From the NCBI GenBank assembly GCA_963789395.1, contig CAWBKP010000011.1, positions 160,001 through 224,000 of the forward strand: 64,000 nt of DNA, in the 5' to 3' direction. Shown piece by piece: positions 12,452 to 25,217 of the stretch; the stretch's first letter is position 1, and each line of letters starts with the position of its first letter. The translations under genes and the position numbers were made by a program. A model generated the notes under the pieces. That model was not told where the DNA came from, ran no database searches, and was given only the letters and a program-made list of their open reading frames with translations. The DNA is from an uncultured delta proteobacterium (GTDB lineage: Bacteria; Desulfobacterota; Desulfobacteria; Desulfobacterales; Desulfatirhabdiaceae).

Positions 12452-13702
12452 ATGATATCTGATCCCGTCAGACGCTGGCTCATCTTTTTGATTGCCAGCC
12501 TGCTGTTTTTACTCTCCCAGTTTTACCGGGCTTCGGTAGCTGTCATTGCCCCGGATCTGATCCGGGATCTGGGCATGGACACACGCGGACTCAGCCTGAT
12601 TTCAGCCGCATTTTTTTACGCCTTTGCCTTGATGCAAATCCCGATCATCATGTACCTGGACGGTATCGGACCCAGGTTGTCCATGGCCGCGCTTTCCCTG
12701 ATCGCAGTTATTGGCGCCATGATGTTTGCCATGGGGCACTCCCTGACCGTACTGGTGACCGGCCGAATGCTTATAGGAATCGGAATGGCCTGTAATCTTA
12801 TGGGAACCCTCAAGCTCATCACCTTATGGTTTACCCCCCTGCGTTTTGCCACGCTGTCCGCCCTGGTAACCTCCCTGGGCACGGTCGGCAACCTGATCGC
12901 CGCAACACCGCTGGTGCTGATAGTTCAGGCAGTGGGATGGCGAAACTCCTTTCTGATTATCGCCGGAATCAACCTGCTTTTAACGCTTCTTTTTTATCTT
13001 ATTACACGGGACCGGCCCGAATCATCGGTGAGCCGGGATGTCCCTAAAGCGGCATCGACCCATATCCGGGAAATACGGATCAACCTCCGCCACCTGTTCG
13101 GGGAAAAGGATTACTGGATTATTTCACTGGGTACGTTTTGCCGCTATGGTATTTTTGCGGCTGTCCAGTCCCTTTGGGCAGCCCCGTTTCTGATCAATGT
13201 AATCGGCATTTCTGTTGTATCTGCCGGCAATCTGCTTTTGTTGATGAGCATGGGTATGGTGATCGGCAGTCCGGTCTGCGGATGGCTTTCCGATGCGGTA
13301 TTGAAAAACCGCAAGGGCATTATTGTTTCCGGACTGATTGCCATGGGAGCGTTACTGTCCCTGCTAACAAGATTGTCATCCGGTACCTCCATGATGCTGC
13401 TCTGCGTTCTTTTTTTTGGTTTTGGATTTATCAGCAGTTCCGGGGGCATCATGTATGCCCATATCAAGGAGAAGATGCCGGCCGAACTTGCGGGAACGGC
13501 CATGACCGGAATCAATTTTTTCACCATGATCGGCGGGGCTGTATTTCTTCAGGGACTCGGGAATATGATGCATTTTTTTCACCCCCGGGAGTCTCTGGGC
13601 GATTCCGCATTTACGATTGCGTTTTTATTCTGCGCGATCTGTCTGTGGATCACCGCCGCTTTTTATTTGTTCACTGTGGAAACTCTGAGAAAAAAACCAT
13701 AA
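12452..13702 (+). CDS. MFS transporter
   Basis: 416 aa, about 12 hydrophobic segments, DGIGPR and GWLSD..KNRK loop motifs. Confidence 0.88.
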   Translation: MISDPVRRWLIFLIASLLFLLSQFYRASVAVIAPDLIRDLGMDTRGLSLISAAFFYAFALMQIPIIMYLDGIGPRLSMAALSLIAVIGAMMFAMGHSLTVLVTGRMLIGIGMACNLMGTLKLITLWFTPLRFATLSALVTSLGTVGNLIAATPLVLIVQAVGWRNSFLIIAGINLLLTLLFYLITRDRPESSVSRDVPKAASTHIREIRINLRHLFGEKDYWIISLGTFCRYGIFAAVQSLWAAPFLINVIGISVVSAGNLLLLMSMGMVIGSPVCGWLSDAVLKNRKGIIVSGLIAMGALLSLLTRLSSGTSMMLLCVLFFGFGFISSSGGIMYAHIKEKMPAELAGTAMTGINFFTMIGGAVFLQGLGNMMHFFHPRESLGDSAFTIAFLFCAICLWITAAFYLFTVETLRKKP

Positions 13703-14138
13703 TCGACCATCACCGCCAGTTATCATGAATCCATTTTAAGCTGACCCGTCAAAGCCCTTGTCAAAGGGCCCCGGAAAACAAGGTGCCCTCAGTCGTCGGT
13801 AACAGGTTGAGGATTTTCATAAAAATATGTAATTTTTCCAGCGGCGCCAGTCTGGTTCTTGCAGGCAATTTCGAAAACAAAGGCTTTTGCACCTATTAAT
13901 CTGAAGACCTGGACATAAATAACTGAAAATTTGTGAACTTCATCTGAAAGGACGCCATAAATGACAGTTTCATTCTTCCCATAGGACTCCTCCAAAGGAT
14001 ATGATTTACTGTGCTCAAGGTCCCCTATTCGGTATAAACCAAATTATTTGACAGTCATGACAGCTTTATAATAGCGGTAACAGATTAGCTTTTTGAAAAT
14101 TTATCACAAATAGCTGACGTCAGAAGAAGTTTTCTGAT

Positions 14139-14471
14139 ATGTTGCTATCCATGATCGATGGAAGCCACAAAGAGCCGGTTGTTTTTCGTTATCGGGGCAA
14201 AGACCTGACCGCTGATGACATCACGTTCATTAATGAGATCATCGAGCGGGATAATAGTCATGGCCGCAGTTACATTGCCCGGCAGCTCTGTGAAGCCTGG
14301 CAATGGAGACAACCCAACGGCAATTTCAAAGAATATGCTGCCAGAGATCTTCTGCTACGGCTTGAAGAAAATGACTTTATTCTGCTGCCAGCCCGTAAGC
14401 GGCCTAAGAATAACAGCAAAATCAAAAACTTTGATCAGATTCCGCAATATCAAAGAAAGGAGTGCAAATGA
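14139..14471 (+). pseudogene. N-terminal fragment of a DUF4338-type, IS-associated protein
   Basis: RYRGKDLT...RSYIARQLCEAWQWRQPNG...RDLLLRLE...LPAR recalls DUF4338 N-termini; ends before the core domain. Confidence 0.55.
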
Positions 14472-14925
14472 AATCATTTTTAAAAATACTGACCGGTCTC
14501 ATTGTTATCGCCTTATTCAACATTGCAGTTGTTATAAATGCAAATGCCGGCGACTACCTTGGAGATTTCTGCTGGAATTTTTCAATCACGAACAATGGCT
14601 CGCCGGTTTCTGGCACAATCCGGTTGGGCATTAACCATATTGGAGGCGGACATTGTACCTTAGCGGCATTATTACTGTTACCGCACCGGCTTTTCTTCAA
14701 TTTACAACTTTCGGAAACCTGGAATTTCTTAGCAATGAAATCCGCGGCACGATTACTAATCAGGGTAAGAGATTTGACAATCAAGGCAATTATACCGTTG
14801 GCATGGATATGTCTACCATCAGCTTGGACCCCAATACCCTAAACGGAACGATAGAAGGGTTTGGTATCTATAATGAGAAAAGCGAACTTTCAAAGGGTAC
14901 CGTAACTTTCACCAGCTGTCCATAG
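14468..14925 (+). CDS. exported hypothetical protein, frameshifted
   Basis: Signal peptide MKSFLKILTGLIVIALFNIAVVINANA; continues in ORF 14653..14925. Confidence 0.6.
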
Positions 14926-15590
14926 CGTCAGATTTATCACCAAGGCACTTAATCCGTCGTTTCCATGGGTTATGCATGGACTGATGTGATAGGGAATTTG
15001 TGGACACTTTCTTAAGACTGATTTTATAATCCTTGAGGAGGTGTCCAATGAAAAAGCTCCTCTCCACAATAGGTTGCCAGAATGTTGAGTATTCACTTCC
15101 CGGTTTTCTCATGCATACCATTCGGATCCTTAAAGATGGCAGGACTCAACAAGAATGCAAGAATTCTTGATTTTCCAAATATAGTTCACGGGTATTCTGA
15201 TTAGATAACTCAGACCAAACAGCAATGAACCTCTTTTACGGACGCCATCTCTTAATACATCCAATCGAATCTTTGTCCAAATATCCATATTTTTGTACGC
15301 CCTTTCCCCTTCTGTATAACACGATGGTATACATCTTATTTGTTAAATTTATACCATCACCAAATAAAGAAGGCTGAGTTGGGGTGTCACACTTTTAAAC
15401 CCCCTTCAACAGGGTAATGTCTGGTTCGGAAGTCTTTTAAATCATTTGACAGAAATAGCCGCATTCAACAACGAATACGCGTATTACAAACCGAATCAAC
15501 CTGTAATCCAGAAAACCATTTGGCTATGATATCAGTTCATTAATCTGAATTATGATTCCTTATGTTATTTTTTGCTTGCCAGGGATTATA

Positions 15591-15628
15591 ATATAAGATA
15601 AATTACTAATTAAGATATTATCTTATAT
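15591..15628. promoter_or_regulatory. candidate Fur/PerR operator
   Basis: Perfect 7-1-7 palindrome TAAGATA-T-TATCTTA (15611-15625) overlapping a 10-bp inverted repeat ATATAAGATA/TATCTTATAT, just upstream of the Fur-family gene. Confidence 0.55.
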
Positions 15629-15642
15629 AAAGGCATCTTTTA

Positions 15643-16137
15643 ATGGGTAAAGACAAATTCCAGGAACACCTCAGTGATTTTGAAGGCGCCTGTCGCAATG
15701 CAGGTCTAAAATTTACCCATCAGCGTCTTGAAATCTATCGCGAGCTGGCCGCTTCCACGGATCATCCTTCAGCAGAGGTGTTGCATCGCCGACTGATCAA
15801 GAAAGTCCCTATGCTTGCAATGGATACCGTTTACAGGACGCTGAGAATACTCAGCCAGCACGGTCTGATTCACAAGATAGAAACAATAGAGAGCCAGGCT
15901 CGGTTTGAAGTGGTATTCGAGCGTCATCAACATCTGATTTGCCGACAATGCCGGCAGGTTATTGATTTCCAGTGGCCATCGATTGATGACGTCTCGCTGC
16001 CGGATGAACTCAAGCACTGGGGTAAAATCGACAGCCGAAATGTCGTTATCTATGGAATCTGCAATAACTGCAGCCTGACAAAAACAAATAACAACATGGA
16101 GATAAGCAATGACAGAGACAAGCAAATTGACAAATAA
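15643..16137 (+). CDS. perR: Fur-family regulator, PerR-like
   Basis: THQRLEI, DHPSAE, TVYRTL, HQHLICRQC, GICNNC; directly upstream of katG. Confidence 0.8.
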   Translation: MGKDKFQEHLSDFEGACRNAGLKFTHQRLEIYRELAASTDHPSAEVLHRRLIKKVPMLAMDTVYRTLRILSQHGLIHKIETIESQARFEVVFERHQHLICRQCRQVIDFQWPSIDDVSLPDELKHWGKIDSRNVVIYGICNNCSLTKTNNNMEISNDRDKQIDK

Positions 16138-16329
16138 TCTGGTGCCCCGTCGCTGATAATCGGAATGTAAAGACAGCCGGCCCCGGATTTTGCACTCAAA
16201 AACAGCGTGACGTTCTTCTAACGATCCTTCAAGTCCATCATTGTTACTCTAATCATTTGATACGTCCGCTAAAGTTAATTGGATTGTTGGGCACCGGAGC
16301 ACGATATTCATAAGCAGCACGGTGCATAA

Positions 16330-18552
<2,223 letters not shown>

Positions 18553-18683
18553 TCATAGCATAAACGTCTTTGACGGCTTCTGAAGCGAATTCAGAACTGC
18601 AAATCGGATGATCAGGAAGCGATAGCCGCCAGAGGAATGACGTATGTTTTAAACGCTCACGGAAGCTATTCGCAACCAATGAA

Positions 18684-18724
18684 GGCGGCGTTTCAATACA
18701 GGCTGAAACGCCGCCATTTCTTTA
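18684..18724 (+). terminator. intrinsic terminator after katG
   Basis: 12-bp stem GGCGGCGTTTCA/TGAAACGCCGCC followed by a T-rich tail. Confidence 0.7.
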
Positions 18725-19261
18725 GGCCCTTACAGACTGCCGGTCACAGAATCGGAGCCAAAAACACATAACATGAGCGCCTCAAGGCTGACACCTTTCA
18801 CGTTGCTCCAGAGGGCACCTTAGGCGAGCGTTCAAGGGTGCAGCCATGTTGAAATCCAAACGGAGACATGCGAGAATGCCAAAGCACTGGGACAGGAAAT
18901 GGCCCGTAAACTGGCAGAGAAAGGCGCATATAGTCTCTTGATGACAGGATTCAATATTTTCTAAAGGGGTGATCCTCCTGCACTTCCCTTTGTCCGAACT
19001 TTGAGTGATGCACCGCAAAAAAACAAGATAAAGGGAGTTGATAATGATATAATCATCACCTGTATGACCCATATTATGGGGTGAATATTCTTGATATATT
19101 GCGAGCGTGTGATATTTTTGCTTGTGTGTCTTTTCGAGAAAAACTGCAAAGCCCAACTTGAGTATTTCATAAGCGTTTTTCAAAAACTATTTGGGACTTG
19201 CAAAAAGTCGGCTCATAAGCTTTCTTAATTATACAGTATATTGAGAGGTGCCATGTAGGAC

Positions 19262-20110
19262 ATGGAAAAATCTGCAGAATTAATAAATGGCGACCCGATA
19301 AATGAGTTTCAACTTTGCGCCATGGCAATACTCGATGAATTTCTTGAAAAACAGAATTCATTAATTTATCCGCCCTTGAAAATTCAACCAGACTTTCATA
19401 CAGATGAAAAAGCCTATGAGACTTCCAGCAGAAGGGCCTGTGCTTGGCCGGTTTTTATTGAAAAATCAGGAGAAGCATTCATGCTGCATTTGTGCGAAGA
19501 AAAGTTGCATTCCCTGTCTTTTCCTGCTCTGCAAGGTTGGTTGATCCACCATGCCGCCTTGTGTATTCCGAAACTGCAGCCTGTATTTTATTCGTGCAAT
19601 TTTCTTAAGAATATCTATCCGCTCATGCCGGTATCCGGCCTGGCCACGAATCACATTCTGCAGGTCATTTCACATCTTGAACGGGCGCTGCAGCAGTATA
19701 TGATTGTCGAATCCCTGATCGCTATGGGCTACGGGATTTCTCAGTGCCACTACTACTTTCACAAAGTCAGTGAGGATCCGGAAGATTTCGAAACTTACAA
19801 CCTGCTCATCCCGCATGGTTGGAGTCGGTCACTTTTCATTTGTCGAATATTGGAAAATTATATGGGAATTTCTGTTCTGGCACGGCAAAGCGTCCATTTG
19901 TCAACGGAACTGGAATCATTTTGGTTGGATGGTCACAGGTATGTACTCCCGAGCGATTTGGCTCTTATTAATAGCATCAGCCAGATTCCAGCACTGTTGA
20001 ACACTAGCCAATATTGCGATAAAGTCGTAGAGATGTTCAAAGCAGTTAAAGATACTCTTTTGCAACCCAAACCAGGTGAAACAGAAGGCCGCTCAGTTAC
20101 CATCCATTAA
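19262..20110 (+). CDS. hypothetical protein
   Basis: 282-aa uninterrupted ORF in AT-richer DNA; no motif recognised. Confidence 0.65.
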   Translation: MEKSAELINGDPINEFQLCAMAILDEFLEKQNSLIYPPLKIQPDFHTDEKAYETSSRRACAWPVFIEKSGEAFMLHLCEEKLHSLSFPALQGWLIHHAALCIPKLQPVFYSCNFLKNIYPLMPVSGLATNHILQVISHLERALQQYMIVESLIAMGYGISQCHYYFHKVSEDPEDFETYNLLIPHGWSRSLFICRILENYMGISVLARQSVHLSTELESFWLDGHRYVLPSDLALINSISQIPALLNTSQYCDKVVEMFKAVKDTLLQPKPGETEGRSVTIH

Positions 20111-20272
20111 ATATTGAAATAACAGGCGCGAAATCATCAACTCCAGCAAAAGACAATTCCTGTGATTTTGAGTTCTGAATTTGAGCGGTTCACAGCGGCG
20201 ACGTTTCAATAGAATTCCTTAAATGTCAAACTCTGTGGGTCCCCCGGCTTAGCGGTATTTGCCCTAAATTGA

Positions 20273-21727
20273 TTATCTGGTATATGGCGATGAGGTAGTA
20301 TTTCCGCCTTCCCCTGTCCAGTTGGTGTGAAAAAACTCTCCCCGAGGTCTGTCTACCCTTTCATAGGTATGCGCACCAAAATAATCACGCTGTGCCTGAA
20401 GCAAATTGGCCGGCAGCCTGGCGGTGCGGAAGCCGTCATAATAGGTGAGCGCGCTGGAATGGCAGGGTGATGGAATGCCGTTCTCGATTGCCGTCATAAG
20501 AACACGACGCAGACTGTCCTGAGCCTGCGCTGTTTTTTCTCGAAAATACGGTGCAAGCAGTAGGTTGTCCAGTTCCGGCTTTTCCCGGTAGGCATCTGTT
20601 ATTCTATCAAGGAAAACAGAGCGGATGATACAGCCGCCACGCCATATCCTGGCGATCTCGCCATAGTTGAGGGCCCAGCCGTATTCTTTGGAGGCTTCCC
20701 GCATCAGATTAAAGCCCTGGGCATAGGAAATTATCTTTGCAATATAGAGTGCTTTTTCCAACGCGGCAAGAAACTGGTCTTTGTTCCCGGTGTATTTGGC
20801 TACCGGCCCCGGCAGCAGCGTTGACGCCTGAACCCGCTGATCTTTTTGCGCTGAAAGACATCTGGCAAAGACCGATTCGCTGATAAGAGACAGCGGAACG
20901 CCACCATCCAATGCAGCAATAACCGTCCATTTGCCGGTACCTTTCTGCCCGGCTGCATCCAGAATGGTGTCGATGAGAGGCGTGTTGTCCGTATCTTTGA
21001 AGGCCAGAATGTCTCCAGTGATTTCGATAAGATAACTGCTCAGCTCCCCTGTGTTCCACCGGGCAAAGATCTGGTGCATTTCATCTGCCGACATCTTCAG
21101 CACATCCTTCATGATATGGTATGACTCGCAGATCAGCTGCATGTCACCGTATTCGATGCCGTTATGGACCATTTTTACAAAATGACCGGCCCCGCCATTG
21201 CCCATCCAACTGCAGCAGAAAGAGCCGTCAGCCACTTTTGCTGAAATAGGTACCAGGATTGGTTGCAGATCCTTCCATGCAGAAAAAGAGCCTCCCGGCA
21301 TTATGGACGGCCCTTTCAAAGCACCCTCTTCACCACCTGAAACGCCTGTTCCAATATATCGCAACCCCTTTTCTTCCATAAAGGCCACACGCCGCTCGGT
21401 ATCATGATAGTTTGAGTTGCCGCCATCGATAACAATGTCGCCTTCTTCAAGGTAAGGAAGCAGTTGCTCGATAAAGGCATCTACCACAGCTCCTGCCTGC
21501 AGCATCATCATCACCTTGCGAGGACATTCAAGAGAGCCGACAAATTCCTTAACAGTGAGAAAGCCACGAATGCTTTTTCCCTTTGCCCGGCCTGACAGAA
21601 ATGTATCAACCTTTGCAGTAGTCCGGTTGAATACGGACACTGAAAAGCCTTTACTTGCCATATTCAGCACCAGATTTTCTCCCATAACGGCCAGACCGGC
21701 GACACCTATGTCGGATAACTTGCTCAT
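20273..21727 (-). CDS. gnd: NADP-dependent 6-phosphogluconate dehydrogenase (decarboxylating)
   Basis: GLAVMGENL, NRT, IDGGN, GVSGGEEGA, KMVHNGIEY, QAQRDYFGAHTY. Confidence 0.97.
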   Translation of the reverse strand: MSKLSDIGVAGLAVMGENLVLNMASKGFSVSVFNRTTAKVDTFLSGRAKGKSIRGFLTVKEFVGSLECPRKVMMMLQAGAVVDAFIEQLLPYLEEGDIVIDGGNSNYHDTERRVAFMEEKGLRYIGTGVSGGEEGALKGPSIMPGGSFSAWKDLQPILVPISAKVADGSFCCSWMGNGGAGHFVKMVHNGIEYGDMQLICESYHIMKDVLKMSADEMHQIFARWNTGELSSYLIEITGDILAFKDTDNTPLIDTILDAAGQKGTGKWTVIAALDGGVPLSLISESVFARCLSAQKDQRVQASTLLPGPVAKYTGNKDQFLAALEKALYIAKIISYAQGFNLMREASKEYGWALNYGEIARIWRGGCIIRSVFLDRITDAYREKPELDNLLLAPYFREKTAQAQDSLRRVLMTAIENGIPSPCHSSALTYYDGFRTARLPANLLQAQRDYFGAHTYERVDRPRGEFFHTNWTGEGGNTTSSPYTR

Positions 21728-21766
21728 TGAAAATCCCATGAAATTTCTAATCAATTTTATTAAGTG

Positions 21767-21847
21767 TCAGCTCAGAAGCATGTTTACAACGGTCTGACCT
21801 ATGGTCGTTTTTCCCCATCCCATTGGACCAAGTACGGCAATGACCAT
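21767..21847 (-). pseudogene. P-loop kinase N-terminal remnant (gluconokinase-like)
   Basis: Manual translation MVIAVLGPMGWGKTTIGQTVVNMLLS*; located immediately upstream of gnd. Confidence 0.5.
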
Positions 21848-21951
21848 CACACACCTGAAAGGGAAAAAGCCGGGATGACCTTGATTCGTGGTTTTTCAAG
21901 ACCATTTTCCATGCGGCCGATGCCGCGAACATGATGCGGTCTTCTTACCCC

Positions 21952-22767
21952 CTACCCTTTTACCGCACCCATTGTCAGGCCTTTGACCACATATTTCTGG
22001 AAAATCATGGTCAGGATAATTGCCGGAGTCATGATCGCAACGGCAGCCGCCATCACCCCGCCCCAATCAACTTCCGCGTAGGAAACGAAGTTGTAGACCG
22101 CGATGGGCAGCGTCTTGGTTTTTTCCATACTGAGAACCTGGGAAAACATGAAATTGTTCCAGGAGAAGATGAACGACAGGGTTGTTGCGGTAATTATGCC
22201 CGGTCCCGACAGCGGCAGAATAATGGCAAAAAAAGCATATTGACGGGTCGCCCCGTCCACCATTGCCGACTCCTCCATCTCGCGAGGAATCGTGTTGAAA
22301 TACGTCGTCATGATCCATACCACGATCGGCAGTGCGATGAGTATATGGCTCAGGATCAGCGCCGTGTAGCTGTCCATAAGATTCAAGCGTGAAAAAACAA
22401 TGTACCAGGGTACAAGAAAGGAAATCCCCGGCATGAGGCGGGCCAGAAGAATAAAGACCGAGAGTGTCTTTTGCGTGTACCGCGCAATTGAATACGCCGC
22501 CGGTAGCCCCAGTACCAGCGATAATCCAACGGAAACAATTCCGACGATTGTCGAATTCATGAAGTATTTCAGAAAATCCTGCTCTTCGAAAACTTTCACA
22601 TAATTCTGAAGCGTCGGCGAAAAAAACAATTTCGGCGGCCAGGAAATAATATCGACCTGTGTTTTAAAGGATGATGACAGCATCCAGAGAAACGGAAACA
22701 ATACGATGAGCGCAATCCCTGTAACGGTAAGATAAAAAAGTATATTTGATATGCGTTTCCTGTTCAT
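21952..22767 (-). CDS. carbohydrate ABC transporter permease (MalG-like)
   Basis: EESAMVDGAT EAA loop, SWNNF, GLTMGAVKG C-terminus. Confidence 0.93.
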   Translation of the reverse strand: MNRKRISNILFYLTVTGIALIVLFPFLWMLSSSFKTQVDIISWPPKLFFSPTLQNYVKVFEEQDFLKYFMNSTIVGIVSVGLSLVLGLPAAYSIARYTQKTLSVFILLARLMPGISFLVPWYIVFSRLNLMDSYTALILSHILIALPIVVWIMTTYFNTIPREMEESAMVDGATRQYAFFAIILPLSGPGIITATTLSFIFSWNNFMFSQVLSMEKTKTLPIAVYNFVSYAEVDWGGVMAAAVAIMTPAIILTMIFQKYVVKGLTMGAVKG

Positions 22768-22777
22768 CGCGGGCTCC

Positions 22778-23656
22778 TCAAATTTCCGAAGATCTGCGCA
22801 ACTTCATGATTCCAAGGCTGCATCCGAAAACAACAAGGAACAGCACAACAAGTACGACTGAAGATTGTCCCATGCGGAAATATTCGAAGCTGTATTTGTA
22901 TGCCATGATATTCAGTGTCTCCGACGCATAGCCGGGGCCGCCTCCCGTCATGGCATAAATGATATCGAAGGTTTTAAGCGCATCGATCAACCGGAGGATT
23001 GTTGCGGTCAAAATGACCGGCATGAGCATGGGAATCGTGACATATCTCAGTATCTGCAATTCACTTGCGCCATCCACGTGTGCCGCTTCAATCGGCTCGT
23101 TTGAGAGGCCCGCAAGACCTGCAAGCACAATAAGCGTGATCATGGGTGTCCACTGCCAGACATCGACAATGATCAGTGAAGGCAGCACCGATACCGCACT
23201 CGAGACCCACATGCTCTGCGGCAATCCAACAGAATCAAGTACAAAATTGGCAAGTCCGGTTGTCGGATCGAAGAAGAGATTGAAAACAATTCCGACAGCA
23301 ACAGGTGTTGCTACGAGCGGCAGCAGGAGAAGAAGCTTTGCCAGACTCTTCCCGATAAATGCCCGGTTGAGAATGATGGCAATAGCAACCCCGAGTACAC
23401 CTTCTATTGCCACCGCAAAAAAAGTAAAAAGAAACGTCCTGGTCAACGCATGTAAAAAACGCGGTTCCGTCAGCACCCGCACATAGCTCCTCAATCCGAC
23501 AAAAGAAAGGGGAGAGCCGGAAGTCAGATTCCAGTTGGTAAAACTCAGGAAAAGAGTATAGAGAACGGGAAACACCATCAGCATGGCGACAAAAATGATC
23601 GCAGGCAGAGGAAACAATATCTGCAGATTCCGTTCCGTAAAACTAGAATGAGCCAT
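22778..23656 (-). CDS. carbohydrate ABC transporter permease (MalF-like)
   Basis: DVWQWTP, EAAHVDGAS, TGGGPG. Confidence 0.93.
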   Translation of the reverse strand: MAHSSFTERNLQILFPLPAIIFVAMLMVFPVLYTLFLSFTNWNLTSGSPLSFVGLRSYVRVLTEPRFLHALTRTFLFTFFAVAIEGVLGVAIAIILNRAFIGKSLAKLLLLLPLVATPVAVGIVFNLFFDPTTGLANFVLDSVGLPQSMWVSSAVSVLPSLIIVDVWQWTPMITLIVLAGLAGLSNEPIEAAHVDGASELQILRYVTIPMLMPVILTATILRLIDALKTFDIIYAMTGGGPGYASETLNIMAYKYSFEYFRMGQSSVVLVVLFLVVFGCSLGIMKLRRSSEI

Positions 23657-23695
23657 AGGGTGCCTTTGAAATTACAACTGCGTGTAACCACTCAC

Positions 23696-23773
23696 GTATT
23701 CAAGAGTCAGAATTCAGAAGCCAGAATGTTGGATGCGAGCCATTCTGGATTCTGACCCCTGAATTCTGTATAC
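23696..23773. repeat. imperfect hairpin built from CAGAA-containing heptamers
   Basis: GTATTCAAGAGTCAGAATTCAGAAGCCAGAATG pairs imperfectly with CATTCTGGATTCTGACCCCTGAATTCTGTATAC. Confidence 0.75.
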
Positions 23774-23797
23774 CTGCGCAGCTACAACTCCTTAAGA

Positions 23798-25054
23798 TTA
23801 CTTGCCGTATTCGCCGGTGTCCTGAAGAATCTCATTCACTTTGGCAACGTTTACTTTTGCCATTTTTTCAAGATTGGCCGATTCGCCCTTGGTATTGATG
23901 GATTCGATAACCAGTTCACCGATCAAGTCACGGGCTTCACCAACGGCACTCATGTAGGGTCGGTCCAGCGGATTGCCGTTCTTGGCTGCATAGGCGCGTG
24001 TTTCAACAAGACCGGGATTGACTTTTGCAAGAATCGCCTTGTCTTCCCAAACCGATGAGCGTGCCATGGTGATGTTGGCGAGCATTGCTTTGGCTGCAAG
24101 CTCTTTGCTTGTCGCCCACTCAAGAAACTTCATCGCCAGCTCCTTGTTCTTTGATTGTTTGGCAATGGCGATGCCCCAGGAAGTCACGATGAAAGGGGAA
24201 TTCATTTTGGGCCCGGCCGGGAAATTGGCAATCCCGACATTCTCTGCAGCTACCTGAGTCTTGGCAGGATCGACAACCTGGCCATAAAACACGGATGCAT
24301 CCGTCCACATGGCGACCTTGCCGGCCTGGAACAGCGGCATGATGTTTTCCCACGACATGGAAGTGACGCCTTTGGGACCGTAGTTACCCAGCATCATACC
24401 GTAAAAACGGATCGCATCGATGGCCGGTTTAGAATCAAAAACGGCAACGCCATTGTCGAGGTAAAGCCCGCCATAGTTGTAAACGTAGCTGGACAACTGG
24501 GTAACTGCGGCGGCACCCTTGCCTCGGGATGCGAATCCCGCGATATTATCCGAATTGATTTTTTTTGCCGTGGCTTCCAGTTCTGTAAAGTTTTCTGGAA
24601 CCTTGAGTCCGGCTTGCTTGAGAACGTCTTTCCGGTAATACAGAACCTGCCATTCGGTTACCAGTGGGACTATGTAGGCTTTTGGGCCGAAGGAAGCAAC
24701 GCTCATGACGTTCTTGGGGTAATCGGAAAAGTCAAATCCGGTGAGCGGTTCGTACCATCCGTTTTTATAGAACATTTTGCCTTCCTGAAGCGGGCGGGTC
24801 ATGAAGACATCGACGGATGAAGATTTTGTCGCAAACTCGGTCGTCAGTTTCGTCGTGAGCTGTCCCTCCTGAAGACTTTCGGCATTCACCTTGATTCCGG
24901 TGGCGGTTTCAAATTCGGGAATGGCCGCCTTCAGCAGATCACCGTAAGGATGGTTTGCCAAAAGAACCCGAATTTCTTTTGTCTCAGCCATCGCATTGAT
25001 GGACAAACACAGTGAAGACAGTGCAACCAGTGCAGCAAGCAGTAACTTTCTCAT
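23798..25054 (-). CDS. sugar ABC transporter substrate-binding protein
   Basis: Signal peptide, FETATGIKV, LYYRKD, FQAGKVAM. Confidence 0.92.
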   Translation of the reverse strand: MRKLLLAALVALSSLCLSINAMAETKEIRVLLANHPYGDLLKAAIPEFETATGIKVNAESLQEGQLTTKLTTEFATKSSSVDVFMTRPLQEGKMFYKNGWYEPLTGFDFSDYPKNVMSVASFGPKAYIVPLVTEWQVLYYRKDVLKQAGLKVPENFTELEATAKKINSDNIAGFASRGKGAAAVTQLSSYVYNYGGLYLDNGVAVFDSKPAIDAIRFYGMMLGNYGPKGVTSMSWENIMPLFQAGKVAMWTDASVFYGQVVDPAKTQVAAENVGIANFPAGPKMNSPFIVTSWGIAIAKQSKNKELAMKFLEWATSKELAAKAMLANITMARSSVWEDKAILAKVNPGLVETRAYAAKNGNPLDRPYMSAVGEARDLIGELVIESINTKGESANLEKMAKVNVAKVNEILQDTGEYGK

Positions 25055-25217
25055 ATATCCTCCGTAAATTAGTTGTGAACTGCACAAGCGACCTTATGAA
25101 AAAGCCGCATTAATCTAAAGCGGCAACGAACCGCCCCGCGAATACAGTAAAAATCAAATCCAAAAAAACCACATCACCGGCCGAACGCAGACCCATCCTC
25201 AGGGGGTTTCCTGCATT

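Noticed and set aside
14139..14471. Druantia anti-phage system (DUF4338/DruA)
   Set aside because: Only a short N-terminal fragment; no DruE helicase or other Dru genes
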